From the NCBI GenBank assembly GCA_030704615.1, contig JAKLZA010000280.1, positions 1 through 53,000 of the forward strand: a stretch of 53,000 nt of DNA, in the 5' to 3' direction. Below, one piece after another: positions 12,755-24,415 of the stretch (the stretch's first letter is position 1; the number at the start of each line of letters is the position of its first letter). Source of the DNA: Takakia lepidozioides. Lineage: Eukaryota > Plantae > Bryophyta. The position numbers were made by a program, and so were the translations under genes. The notes below the pieces were generated by a model. The model searched no databases. It was not told where the DNA came from and saw only the letters and a list, made by a program, of their open reading frames with translations.

Positions 12755-13694
12755 ATGGGGGTGTTTCCTATTTGTTTCCCTTTTCGCATTCATCTTAGCT
12801 ACCTTACCATTGATAATTACGTATTGTTTCCTTCACTCCTCCATTCAATCCACAGCTTCACTCAGATCTCTCTACACAGTGTGATTGTATCGTATAAATA
12901 TCAGATTATGATTTATCAGGTATCAGGCCGAAGCCATTGTATCTCTATTCTCCTCTACAATATCCCTACGGCTTTGCATATAACAAGCATCTACTAATCC
13001 TCCTTCATCGTGCTCTCCGATCTCCGCTTCCGCCTGACTCCAAGTCCTCCCCCGAATAATGATCTCTCATAATCCCCGTTCTTCCTTTATATCCTCCTAT
13101 CCGCGGTTCTAACCGTTTCCCCTCTCTAACCGTCGTATGTGAACTAACATGTTCCCTTCACTGGTGTTGTTCCCCACAGTCGTTCCCTGTCTACTCTTCG
13201 TTCCTATTATCGTGACAGCTGTGTCAAGCGGTGACTGGCTGTGTTTGGCTGTGTCGGGCTGTGACTGGCTGTGTGGCTATGCGGGCTGTGACTGGCTGTG
13301 TGGTGTGTCTGCTGTGACGACTGTGACGGGCTGTGTGGGCTGTGTGGGCTGTGACGGACGCTGTGACGGCTGACTGTGGCTGTGACGGCTGTGTGGGCTG
13401 TGTGGGTGTGACGGACGGGCTGTGTACGGCTGTGACGGCTGTGACGGGCTGTGTGGGCTGTGTGGGCTGTGACGGCTGTGTGGGCTGTGACGACTGTGAC
13501 GGGCTGTGTTGGCTGTGTGGGCTGTGACGGCTGTGTGGGCTGTGACTGCTGTGTCGGCTGTGTGGGCTATGTAACCCCCCTCTACAGTGCGCTGCTGTCA
13601 CCCCTAAGGTTCCTGTTTGTCTCAGTCTGTGCAAAAATTAAGGGTACCCTACAGATCCCGTATAAGTGTCTAAGTCCCCTACAGTCCTCTAACA
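12626..13694 (-). repeat. 5' LTR of A1 (1069 bp)
   Basis: TGTCGCGCGG...CTCTAACA on the + strand, adjacent to the PBS. Confidence 0.95.
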
Positions 13695-15496
13695 GGGGTT
13701 ACACAGTCCGTCACAACCAACACAGCCCATCACAGCCGACACAGCCAACACAGCCCGTTGCAGTCGACACAGCCAAACACAGTCGCACAGCCAGTCACAG
13801 CCCGTCACAGTTTCACACAGCCAGTCACAGCCCGTCACAGTTTCACGACCATAGGGAACGGAGAGCAGGACAGGGAATGACTGTGGGGAACAACACCTGC
13901 AAATGGAACATGTTAGTTCACGGACGACGGTTAGTGAGGGAAACGGTTAGAGCCACGGGTAGGAAGATAAAGGGAGAAGCAAGGACTGAGAAGGGGGATT
14001 ATTCTTGGAAGCACTCCAGGGGGAGGACTTCTTGGTCATGGATGAGAGGGGATCGGGCGGAGAGCAAGAACGGAAGCAAGCATAGAGAGCACGGTGAAGG
14101 AGGAGAGATGATTAGTAGATGCTTGTTATATGCAAAGCTGTAGTGATATTGTAGAGGAGATTAGAGACACAATGGCTTCGGCCTGATACCTGATAAATCA
14201 TAATCTGATACTTATACGATACAATCACACTGTGTAGAGAGATCTGAGTGAAGCTGTGGAATGAATGGATGAGTTGAAGGAATCCGATAAATTGATGAAG
14301 CAAACTGATACTTAATTATCAATGGTAAGGTAGCTAACATGAATGCGGAAAGGGAAACAAATAGGAAACACCCCCATGATACACTAGCTGTAGGTCATGA
14401 CTGATTGTTCTGAGCGGGCTGAGTACTTAGAGATTTCCAACTCTTCTATCTTGGAGTTTCCGCCTCGGATAGCGAAGGGATGGGTGAGTAAAAGCCGCGC
14501 AACATTTGGCGACCATACTGGGGATCTGGGTCATGAACAACCAGATGTGACAGGCATCTGGTGGGATCATGGTGGATGGAGAATTAAAGAATTTGATGTG
14601 AATCAAATTCCTTGTGAAACTGAGAAGGAAAGATTGTCCAAACGATTCTTCCAGAGGTTTTTGGAATTGCCGGACGGTTGTAAAGAAAACATTCTTAAGA
14701 GAGTGCATGATGCTGACCCAGAGTGGGGTCTGGAGAAAGGAGTGATAAAGATTTATCAGGTGCCCTGTAGAGGAAGAGCACGTTGGTTACCAACATTGGT
14801 ATATGTGATAGCATTGCTATCCATTAAGCGAGTAGAGTTTGAAGGCTGGGAGGAAAGAAAAGTGAATGTTTATACTCATATGCATGAAGAGCTTGTACTG
14901 GTAAAGAATTGGATTCCAAAGGATATTTTGTGGATCAAACTCACACCAAGAACAGCTTTCCAGACTTGTTTGCCATATGGTTATATGGTAACGGAGACTT
15001 CAAGTATAGCCAAGGGTGCATTGAAGCTTGAAAGAAACCCAGGCATATACGAGAGATATTATAGAAGAGAGTTTTGGTTATTGCCACATTAAAAAGAAAT
15101 GAAAGACATGGGACATGAGTGATGAAAGAGAAGCTAGACGCCAGAGATATTCAGCAAAAAGAGAAAGCTATCTGAAAGCTAATTATCCATATCTTTGGGA
15201 GAGAGGAATAGACATAGGGGAATCATCTGGACCTCTCACGCCATTAAGATCAAAGAGTACATCACCCATACCAGAAGAACTAGAGTTGGATGACACTCCT
15301 TCTGTTTCTTTGCGAGAAAGATTAATGGAATTGGTACGGGAAGAAGATCAATCACGAGGTGAAAGATCTGAGGTACATCCCTGGATAAAAGATTTGACAG
15401 AAATCTTTGATAAGAGTTGGCATGGAACACCGAAAGCAGGAACTCCAATTTCTGAGCGGAAGGTGAAGGAGGAGGAGAGGATGTGGCAGAGCCGAC
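13695..15496 (+). mobile_element. Fragment of a family A sister subfamily: 5'-truncated LTR (13695-14504), PBS (14507-14526), ORF0 and gag start (15115)
   Basis: Begins inside the LTR at GGGGTTACA, has a divergent U3, ends CGCGCAACA, then TGGCGACCATACTGGGGATC. gag is cut by the A2 LTR at 15497. Confidence 0.9.
14397..15092 (+). CDS. ORF0, 231-aa unknown protein of the sister subfamily
   Basis: Intact frame. Differences from 42036..42731 are mostly synonymous. Confidence 0.75.
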   Translation: MTDCSERAEYLEISNSSILEFPPRIAKGWVSKSRATFGDHTGDLGHEQPDVTGIWWDHGGWRIKEFDVNQIPCETEKERLSKRFFQRFLELPDGCKENILKRVHDADPEWGLEKGVIKIYQVPCRGRARWLPTLVYVIALLSIKRVEFEGWEERKVNVYTHMHEELVLVKNWIPKDILWIKLTPRTAFQTCLPYGYMVTETSSIAKGALKLERNPGIYERYYRREFWLLPH

Positions 15497-16540
15497 TGTT
15501 AGAGGACTGTAGGGGACTTAGACACTTATACGGGATCTGTAGGGTACCCTTAATTTTTGCACAGACTGAGACAAACAGGAACCTTAGGGGTGACAGCAGC
15601 GCACTGTAGAGGGGGGTTACATAGCCCACACAGCCGACACAGCAGTCACAGCCCACACAGCCGTCACAGCCCACACAGCCAACACAGCCCGTCACAGTCG
15701 TCACAGCCCACACAGCCGTCACGGCCCACACAGCCAACACAGCCCGTCACAGTCGTCACAGCCCACACAGCCGTCACAGCCCACACAGCCCGTCACAGTC
15801 GTCACAGCCGTCACAGCCCACACAGCCCGTCACAGTCGTCACAGCCCACACAGCCCACACAGCCCGTCACAGTCGTCACAGCAGACACAGCCCACACAGC
15901 CAGTCACAGCCCGGCACAGCCACACAGCCAGTCACAGCCCGACACAGCCAAACACAGCCAGTCACCGCTTGACACAGCTGTCACGATAATAGGGAACGAA
16001 GAGTAGGACAGGGAACGACTGTGGGGAACAATACCTGTGAAGGGAACATGTTAGTTCACATACGACGGTTAGAGAGGGAAACGGTTAGAACCGCGGATAG
16101 GAGGATAAAGGGAAGAACGGGGAATGATGAAGGGACCATTATTATCATTATTCGGGGAAGGGGGATTTCGGAGTGAGACGGGAGCGGAAGTCGGTGAGCA
16201 CGATGAAGGAGGAAAGAGGATTAGTAGATGCTTGTTATATGCAAAGCTGTAGGGATATTGTAGAGGAGAATAGAGACACAATGGCTTCGGCCTGATACCT
16301 GATAAATCATAATCTGATACTTATACGATACAATCACACTGTGTAGAGAGATCTGAGTGAAGCTGTGGATTGAATGGAGGAGTGAAGGAAACCGATAAAT
16401 TGATGAAGCAAACTGATACTTAATTATCAATGGTAAGGTAGCTAAGATGAATGCGGAAAAGGAAACAAATAGGAAACACCCCCATGATACACTAGCTGTA
16501 GGTCATGACTGATTGTTCTGCGCGGGCTGAGTACTTAGAG
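15497..16540 (+). repeat. 5' LTR of A2, left part (resumes at 30001-30076)
   Basis: Starts TGTTAGAGG. The empty-site sequence AGTACTTAGAGATTTCC (seen intact at 42061) is split with AGAG duplicated. Confidence 0.95.
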
Positions 16541-17082
16541 TGTAGTGTGAAAAAGAAGGGGCGTGAATCCCCTTCTGGTTAATCCTAAATCTGTACTCCT
16601 CCTACTCGTCCCTGTTGAAGTATCAGGGCAAAGGAAAGGAGCGTTCTCTTTTCTGTCCAACCATCGTCATGAGGCTATATGGGTTTTTCCTTCAGGTTCG
16701 TTCGTGATCAGAGTTTGCGGAATCCTCATCCACGCCGCAGCGGAAGAGAAGACATGGATGGGAGTCTTTGGTTTGTTCTTGCCCTCGGTTCTACTTCTAT
16801 GCAACAGCCTGGCCCTATGCTCACTGCGCCAACAGTGTTGGCGTGATCTTTTATGTGATGCAAGCAGCCCAATGGCAGCGGTGAATACGACCCTTAATGT
16901 GAACCCCCTTGAGCAGTGACATGTCGGAAATCCCTTTTTGTAATGGTGACACAGATTTAGAGGGAGACAGCTCAGATCTTCATAAACTGCAGGGGCACTG
17001 GTTTTCCTTCAGGATTCATGCTTTCTTCATCTCAATCTCCCCAAGTTGGCCATCCCCCCATCAACCCTTTTTGCTGAGCAGC

Positions 17083-17124
<42 letters not shown>

Positions 17125-18789
17125 CCTTTTCTCGTCTGTTTCTCTATCTCTGTCTATGTCTACAGGCTCCTTACTTCTTCACATACAGCCCATCTATCAC
17201 GTAATGCAAATGCACACTCCGCCAGGCATCCAGTGCAGCCAGCCATGAAGTCATCCTTGGTCTCACAAGGCAAAACCATCCCTTTCATCAGTCTCTCTAT
17301 CTCTCTCTCTCTCTCTTCTCTCCGTCAATACTCAACCCTTCACACTACCCCTTTCTTTTAAAAGATCCCATTTCCCAAAACAGCTCTCATCCCTTCTTCA
17401 GATTCAACCTGAATACCCAACATCTCTCTTTTCCTTTCAACAAAAGGGCTTAAGTCGTTCATATCCTGATACAATGCTGAAATCACACCTTATCCCTTTT
17501 GTGTTTTCATACAGTTCCAGCTAACCCTCAGTTATCTCTCCAAGCAAACAAGCTATATCTACATTGGGTCCAGTGTATCACTACCCCCCCCCGCAGCATT
17601 GTGTGCAGGTTTACAACACTGAAACAAGAACAAGAATGAAGACAACAGTGACCATTCTGTTTTCTGTGACAACAGTCTCTCTCTCTCTCTCTTCACTCAT
17701 TTTTCTTACTGACACTACGACGGCAGGTGTATCCATTCCTTCCATGTTCTGGTTTGAAGTCCAGAGTCTCCATTCCATTTCCAAAAACCTTTCCTCTATC
17801 ACATGTCTCCACCCTTTCCTTTCAACAACCAGGGCAGTCCTAAATCTACCAAAAGCGATTTCTAAGTCCACCCCAAAGAAGAAGCCCACAGTCTACCAAC
17901 TTATCTGTTTTTATCCTCCAGTGAAGCGGTGGGTCAGCCTGCCGAGATGGCACCTCACCATCGCCTGTCAGCAGCCACCACAACCTTTTCTCCTTGTCTT
18001 GATTCCAGAGTTTATCATGCCATGATGTCTCCTCATCATCCTATGGAGCATCCTGTGGTTTGCCAACTAAATTGCTCTATTCTTCTATGCATGTAGCTCT
18101 TTAAGAACTGAAATGGACCTATAGCAAGAAGACAAAAAGGCAGCTAGAAGCCTGATTACAGATAACCTGTGTTGCCATCCAGCCAGCACTCCACATGCCT
18201 TATCACCTCCATTGATTGTGCTCAGATTCTCTTCCTTGTGCTTCTGGCAGGTGGCCGTTCTCCTTGCTTGCTCATCTGCCCATAACTGTCATCTTCAAGA
18301 CAGTGGCGGCAGCGGTGGTGCGCCGCTCTCCTTACATGCTCCTATCTCCATGAATTGATCATCACAACGAGAAAGACGGCACCGCTTCCCTTTACACAGA
18401 ATACCAAGCAGAGGCACTTAATGCTGCCCTCTAAACCAAGCGAAGTCCCACAGCGCAGGTACAACCTCTCAACACAGACTGCCCTGTCAACACCACAGCT
18501 CGCGGCAGCTGCTACGAATCGCCCGTCACCTTCCTCTTCGTTTTTTCTTCCTCGCGGATTTTAGGTTGAGCATCAATGACGAAAACGTTCATCGCATGGA
18601 TGAAAAATGCATGGTCACGACTTAGCCATTTTTATTTTGGCAACGCATGAGTACAGTATGCCCACAAAATTACCTGTATGGAGGGATATATCCCTCTTGC
18701 AGTTGGTATGAGGGCCCTCCCATTATAGTGATGCAGGGTCTTAACGGTGAAGCCAAAATGTAATGTCACTCCCCTGCATTCACACTACA
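16541..18789 (-). repeat. Family B 3' LTR (2249 bp, including 11 extra terminal nt at 16541-16551)
   Basis: Near-identical to 22163-24393 and 27768-30000. Contains (CT)n tracts. Confidence 0.92.
17086..17121. repeat. (CT)n microsatellite in B LTR (~18 units here, ~20 at 22697, ~22 at 28302)
   Basis: Read directly from the sequence. Confidence 0.95.
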
Positions 18790-18811
18790 TATGTAGTGTG
18801 TCTCCCTTTTT
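18781..18811 (-). promoter_or_regulatory. PPT (AAAAAGGGAGA, 18801-18811) followed by a 20-bp palindrome CACACTACATATGTAGTGTG (18781-18800)
   Basis: Read directly. Repeated at 24385-24415. Confidence 0.85.
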
Positions 18812-21800
18812 AAGTGTCAGGGTCCTCACTGACCACCTTCACTGGCTGACCACCCACTGGTGGTATGAATGGTTTCAAATCTCGCCTACTTCTTACCCAT
18901 TCCTTGTTTGCCCCATCTCTTAGCCTGCATTTGCGTGCAGCTTCCCTTCCAGGATCATAAGGTACTCCCAACAGGTACATTGTGTTAATTCCCCTTCTGT
19001 TTCTGCTCCAGATATCTTGGAGAGGTCCGTTCATAATATTGTTTTTGATTGTCATGCCTTGGCCTTCAGCAAAGGGAAACCCCTCTCTGCTCATAATCTT
19101 CATGGCCACTTCTGTCTGGCTGGTGCGAGCAGGGTTGTTCTCAAACTGACACCACCACCTGGTTTCCATGCAACTCATCATGCCAATTTCATGGCCTTCT
19201 TCCCTGGCCACAGTTTTCGTGCTCCATCCCTGAGCTTGCATCGTCGTCCAGCCTCTCTTATTTAAGTGACAGTGTCCCGGCTGTCCATTTGTTCCGCCGG
19301 CCAGAGCAAGTCCAATTTGTGACAATGCCTTCTTCCTCTTCTTGTAGTTCATGCCAGGCAGGTCCTGATCTCCTTCCCATACAAACCAGCGTTTCCCAAT
19401 TTTGATGTTGCTCCCTGGCTCCTTGTTTTGAATCTCAGCTACCACTTGTGCTCCCATCGACACTTGCACCTTTCGTACTGCCTCATTTCCTGCATGCAGG
19501 TTGTCCTCAACAGCAGGCTGCAATTTCATTTGCATTGTTGGTGGCAAGTCATGGGCAACCCTTTGGTTACCATGCCTTCCTTCTTCCCTTTCAACCAGCC
19601 TGCCCTCTTTAAGAGATTCAGGGCTGGTGTATGCCTTGCAAGTAGAAGTGATCGTGACATGGGTAGGCTTCATAGCCTCCCACATCAACTGCCCATCCAT
19701 CTCCTGAGCCTGAATTTCACAACCATGCTGGGCATATCCTGAAATCATTGCACTCCATGAGAGCAGATTGGGTGGCATACCTTCCTGCTCCATTTGTTCA
19801 AACAGTTGCAGGGTCTGTGCTTCAGAGCCATGCTGGGCATAACCTGCAATCATTACTCTCCATGGCCCCACTTTTCTGTGAGACATATTGTCACACACAT
19901 GTTGTGCATTCATGCTCCCACGTTTGGCATACCTGTCAACAATGGCAGTCTCCATAATGATATCTGGTGCAATACCAGATTTGATACTGTCACCATGGAC
20001 CTCTTCGCCTTTTACCCGGTCTGCCAGGTTCGCACATGCATTCAACACACACAGGAACGTCACCTGTTTGGGCTTCTCTCCTTCATCTCCAGCATCTGCC
20101 ATGAGCTGCCTCCCATACAAGACATGCAGCTCCTTCACTTTAATGCTTGAGCTTGCACTGAGCATTCTCAGATGTCCTCGTGTACCCGGATCCCATACCC
20201 TTTGTTGGGCATAGTTCATTGGCTGACCTCTGAACGTTATCAGGTCAACCAGGGTCTTCTCAGCAGAAAGGCCAACCTTCTCTTTCTGATCCCTATGCAT
20301 CCTCTCCATCCCAAGATGCATCTCTCTAAGAGAGTCAAACTTTGCTGCTAGTTTCCCCATTTTCCACAACAAGAGTGTTGAACCGTGAGAAGATTTCAAA
20401 TCTTTCTTGTGAACGGTACTCAAATCTCCCATCCTTTGTTTTGTGGGTGGGAATTCAAGTTTCCTTGTATCAACATCTACAGTTTCAAGGGCTGGAGAGA
20501 CACTCTGGCTTTTGGCACGAACTGGTGATTTCAGCGGACTCACATCTGATCCCAAGTTGTCATGCAAGCTGATGTCTCTTGTGCACTCAACCAACATCCA
20601 CTTAGACATACCATCTTCCTTGTCATCCTTCTCATGTGCTATATTGGTCGTATGTCCTCCTTTACTTGAGTGTTCCGAACTCCTTTTGTATTCAGGTTCA
20701 TTGTCCTCCTTTGTCTTGCATTGCGCACATCTCACTCCTCCCATTCCCAATTGGTGTCCACATGTGTGTCTTTCTTTACACTCCATATGACCCTTCTTGG
20801 ATGAACAAAAGGCAGTGACCTGCCCATCTACATAGCATTGGTCGTGCAACTGAAACTTCCTACTTCTGAACTCTTCTTCACTCAATAAATTTTGACCACA
20901 CAACCCTTGCACGTTGTCGTTGATGACATCAAGATTTCTGTATATTGGTGTGGTGGCGGTATCATGATCAAGACAATCATCCCTTGCTTCTAACTCTTGC
21001 TTGGTTCCACATTTTTTCCGCATGTCTTGCTCTATCTCCAACTGTGCATCCTTTATGTCTGATTCCAGGGTGCATCTTGATCCAGACCCTTTCTCGTTTG
21101 AGCGAGCAATGTACACTCTTCCTCTACCCATCCCATCAGATCTGCCCAAGACTCCTTGTCATCTTCGTCTCTCAAGACACTCACTTCACAGGTTGTACCA
21201 CTAATCCTTGGTGAGTTGGCAACACTATGCCCATACTCCCCAAGCATGTCTTGATCTACATGTGCCTTTGTAGAAGACCTTAGGATCTGCACAGGAACTT
21301 GCAACCTCGGTGCACTCTCTTCATTGACACCTGATTGACTCTCTGTTGAACAAAAGATATCTTCCAAGATCTCTTCTTCCACATCACAAAACACATTCAC
21401 AACGTTTGTGCCAAGAGAGCTTACACATTCGAATTCCATCCTTCTGCTGCTCTTCGACTCCCATTGTTCCAACATTTCACAGCCTGAATCTTGCATTCCA
21501 CATGTTCCCATTTGCAGCCCCAGCCGGTGATTCTTTTCACTTCGGATCTGATTCTGTCTTGATGGACATGCAGTGCAACACTCTACTTGCTGCCTTGTTT
21601 TGTTCAAGTTGAGAACTCGAGGAAGCATTGCAGGGACTTCACTGGTGTGGTTCTTCTCCCTAAAGCACCTCCGTGACATTGTTTTGTGATCTGGTATAGG
21701 TTTATGATCAATAGAACTCACAGGTGTGAACCTGTTGTGCTTATCCTTCTCAATCAGAGATAATTTCTCTTCCATCCCTGTAACAGACTCTTCCACATTG

Positions 21801-22093
21801 GTATCTATCTCATCAAACTTCCTTGCTAACATCACTTCATTCTTACTTGATTGATCTTCTCCTCCAAATTTCAAGATTATGGCTACTTGAAAATCATGCC
21901 AGTTCATGGACCTTGGTTTTTGCATTCGATGCCAAGTGTCAGCCCGTGCCTTGAGATTCAGCCTTGCCGATATAAATAACTTGTGCTCGTCAAAGCTCCT
22001 CCTCTCACCATCCCTTTTCAGATTCTGGATCCAGCTGCAAACATCCTCATCCTTCTTTCCGTAAAATGGAATGTTAGTCACCATTGCTCGCAA
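18810..22093 (-). pseudogene. Gag-PPR fusion ORF of B, copy 1, split by a 1-bp deletion near 21068
   Basis: ORFs 21053..22093 and 18810..21149 together match 24414..27698. CCAGGGTG here versus CCAGAGGTG in copy 2. Confidence 0.85.
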
Positions 22094-22150
22094 ATCACTC
22101 TCCTATCTTGCTACACTAAATCCTACATTTCCCGGATCAAAGACCGGCCT

Positions 22151-22162
22151 GCTCTGATACCA
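22151..22162 (-). promoter_or_regulatory. PBS complementary to tRNA-iMet (TGGTATCAGAGC)
   Basis: Canonical plant iMet PBS directly abutting the LTR. Confidence 0.95.
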
Positions 22163-22693
22163 AAAGAAGGGGCGTGAATCCCCTTCTGGTTAATCCTAAA
22201 TCTGTACTCCTCCTACTCGTCCCTGTTGAAGTATCAGGGCAAAGGAAAGGAGCGTTCTCTTTTCTGTCCAACCATCGTCATGAGGCTATATGGGTTTTTC
22301 CTTCAGGTTCGTTCGTGATCAGAGTTTGCGGAATCCTCATCCACGCCGCAGCGGAAGAGAAGACATGGATGGGAGTCTTTGGTTTGTTCTTGCCCTCGGT
22401 TCTACTTCTATGCAACAGCCTGGCCCTATGCTCACTGCGCCAACAGTGTTGGCGTGATCTTTTATGTGATGCAAGCAGCCCAATGGCAGCGGTGAATACG
22501 ACCCTTAATGTGAACCCCCTTGAGCAGTGACATGTCGGAAATCCCTTTTTGTAATGGTGACACAGATTTAGAGGGAGACAGCTCAGATCTTCATAAACTG
22601 CAGGGGCACTGGTTTTCCTTCAGGATTCATGCTTTCTTCATCTCAATCTCCCCAAGTTGGCCATCCCCCCATCAACCCTTTTTGCTGAGCAGC

Positions 22694-22740
<47 letters not shown>

Positions 22741-24393
22741 CCTTTTCTCGTCTGTTTCTCTATCTCTGTCTATGTCTACAGGCTCCTTACTTCTTCACAT
22801 ACAGCCCATCTATCACGTAATGCAAATGCACACTCCGCCAGGCATCCAGTGCAGCCAGCCATGAAGTCATCCTTGGTCTCACAAGGCAAAACCATCCCTT
22901 TCATCAGTCTCTCTATCTCTCTCTCTCTCTCTTCTCTCCGTCAATACTCAACCCTTCACACTACCCCTTTCTTTTAAAAGATCCCATTTCCCAAAACAGC
23001 TCTCATCCCTTCTTCAGATTCAACCTGAATACCCAACATCTCTCTTTTCCTTTCAACAAAAGGGCTTAAGTCGTTCATATCCTGATACAATGCTGAAATC
23101 ACACCTTATCCCTTTTGTGTTTTCATACAGTTCCAGCTAACCCTCAGTTATCTCTCCAAGCAAACAAGCTATATCTACATTGGGTCCAGTGTATCACTAC
23201 CCCCCCCCGCAGCATTGTGTGCAGGTTTACAACACTGAAACAAGAACAAGAATGAAGACAACAGTGACCATTCTGTTTTCTGTGACAACAGTCTCTCTCT
23301 CTCTCTCTTCACTCATTTTTCTTACTGACACTACGACGGCAGGTGTATCCATTCCTTCCATGTTCTGGTTTGAAGTCCAGAGTCTCCATTCCATTTCCAA
23401 AAACCTTTCCTCTATCACATGTCTCCACCCTTTCCTTTCAACAACCAGGGCAGTCCTAAATCTACCAAAAGCGATTTCTAAGTCCACCCCAAAGAAGAAG
23501 CCCACAGTCTACCAACTTATCTGTTTTTATCCTCCAGTGAAGCGGTGGGTCAGCCTGCCGAGATGGCACCTCACCATCGCCTGTCAGCAGCCACCACAAC
23601 CTTTTCTCCTTGTCTTGATTCCAGAGTTTATCATGCCATGATGTCTCCTCATCATCCTGTGGTTTGCCAACTAAATTGCTCTATTCTTCTATGCATGTAG
23701 CTCTTTAAGAACTGAAATGGACCTATAGCAAGAAGACAAAAAGGCAGCTAGAAGCCTGATTACAGATAACCTGTGTTGCCATCCAGCCAGCACTCCACAT
23801 GCCTTATCACCTCCATTGATTGTGCTCAGATTCTCTTCCTTGTGCTTCTGGCAGGTGGCCGTTCTCCTTGCTTGCTCATCTGCCCATAACTGTCATCTTC
23901 AAGACAGTGGCGGCAGCGGTGGTGCGCCGCTCTCCTTACATGCTCCTATCTCCATGAATTGATCATCACAACGAGAAAGACGGCACCGCTTCCCTTTACA
24001 CAGAATACCAAGCAGAGGCACTTAATGCTGCCCTCTAAACCAAGCGAAGTCCCACAGCGCAGGTACAACCTCTCAACACAGACTGCCCTGTCAACACCAC
24101 AGCTCGCGGCAGCTGCTACGAATCGCCCGTCACCTTCCTCTTCGTTTTTTCTTCCTCGCGGATTTTAGGTTGAGCATCAATGACGAAAACGTTCATCGCA
24201 TGGATGAAAAATGCATGGTCACGACTTAGCCATTTTTATTTTGGCAACGCATGAGTACAGTATGCCCACAAAATTACCTGTATGGAGGGATATATCCCTC
24301 TTGCAGTTGGTATGAGGGCCCTCCCATTATAGTGATGCAGGGTCTTAACGGTGAAGCCAAAATGTAATGTCACTCCCCTGCATTCACACTACA
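22163..24393 (-). repeat. Family B middle (shared, recombinant) LTR
   Basis: Bounded by the PBS on one side and the palindrome/PPT on the other. Carries a mosaic of markers from the two outer LTRs. Confidence 0.92.
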
Positions 24394-24415
24394 TATGTAG
24401 TGTGTCTCCCTTTTT
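24385..24415 (-). promoter_or_regulatory. PPT plus 20-bp palindrome, second copy
   Basis: Identical to 18781-18811. Confidence 0.85.

Larger units (their letters stand above)
346..13694 (-). mobile_element. Ty3/Gypsy LTR retrotransposon, family A copy A1 (non-chromovirus, Athila/Phygy-like), probably chimeric
   Basis: Two TG..CA LTRs, PBS, PPT, domain order gag-PR-RT-RH-INT plus accessory ORF. No chromodomain or archaeal-type RNase H recognised. Flanks GGTTG and GGGGT do not form a TSD. Confidence 0.95.

Noticed and set aside
13215-13570. GCVGC/HSRHS/QPTQP-rich ORFs (13224..13634, 13451..14143, 15557..16006, 41017..41457, 939..1238)
   Set aside because: They are translations of the LTR CACAGCC tandem array, and frame and length are not conserved between LTR copies.
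15497-15620. Short ~124-bp TG...CA segment (TGTTAGAGG...GGTTACA) as a mini-LTR or TRIM
   Set aside because: No PBS follows it. Homology continues for ~1 kb to CGCGACA, where the real PBS lies.
16563-18564. ORFs within the B LTR (118, 150, 153, 92 and 69 aa) as captured genes
   Set aside because: No recognisable motifs, several run through (CT)n tracts, and they recur only because the LTR is repeated.
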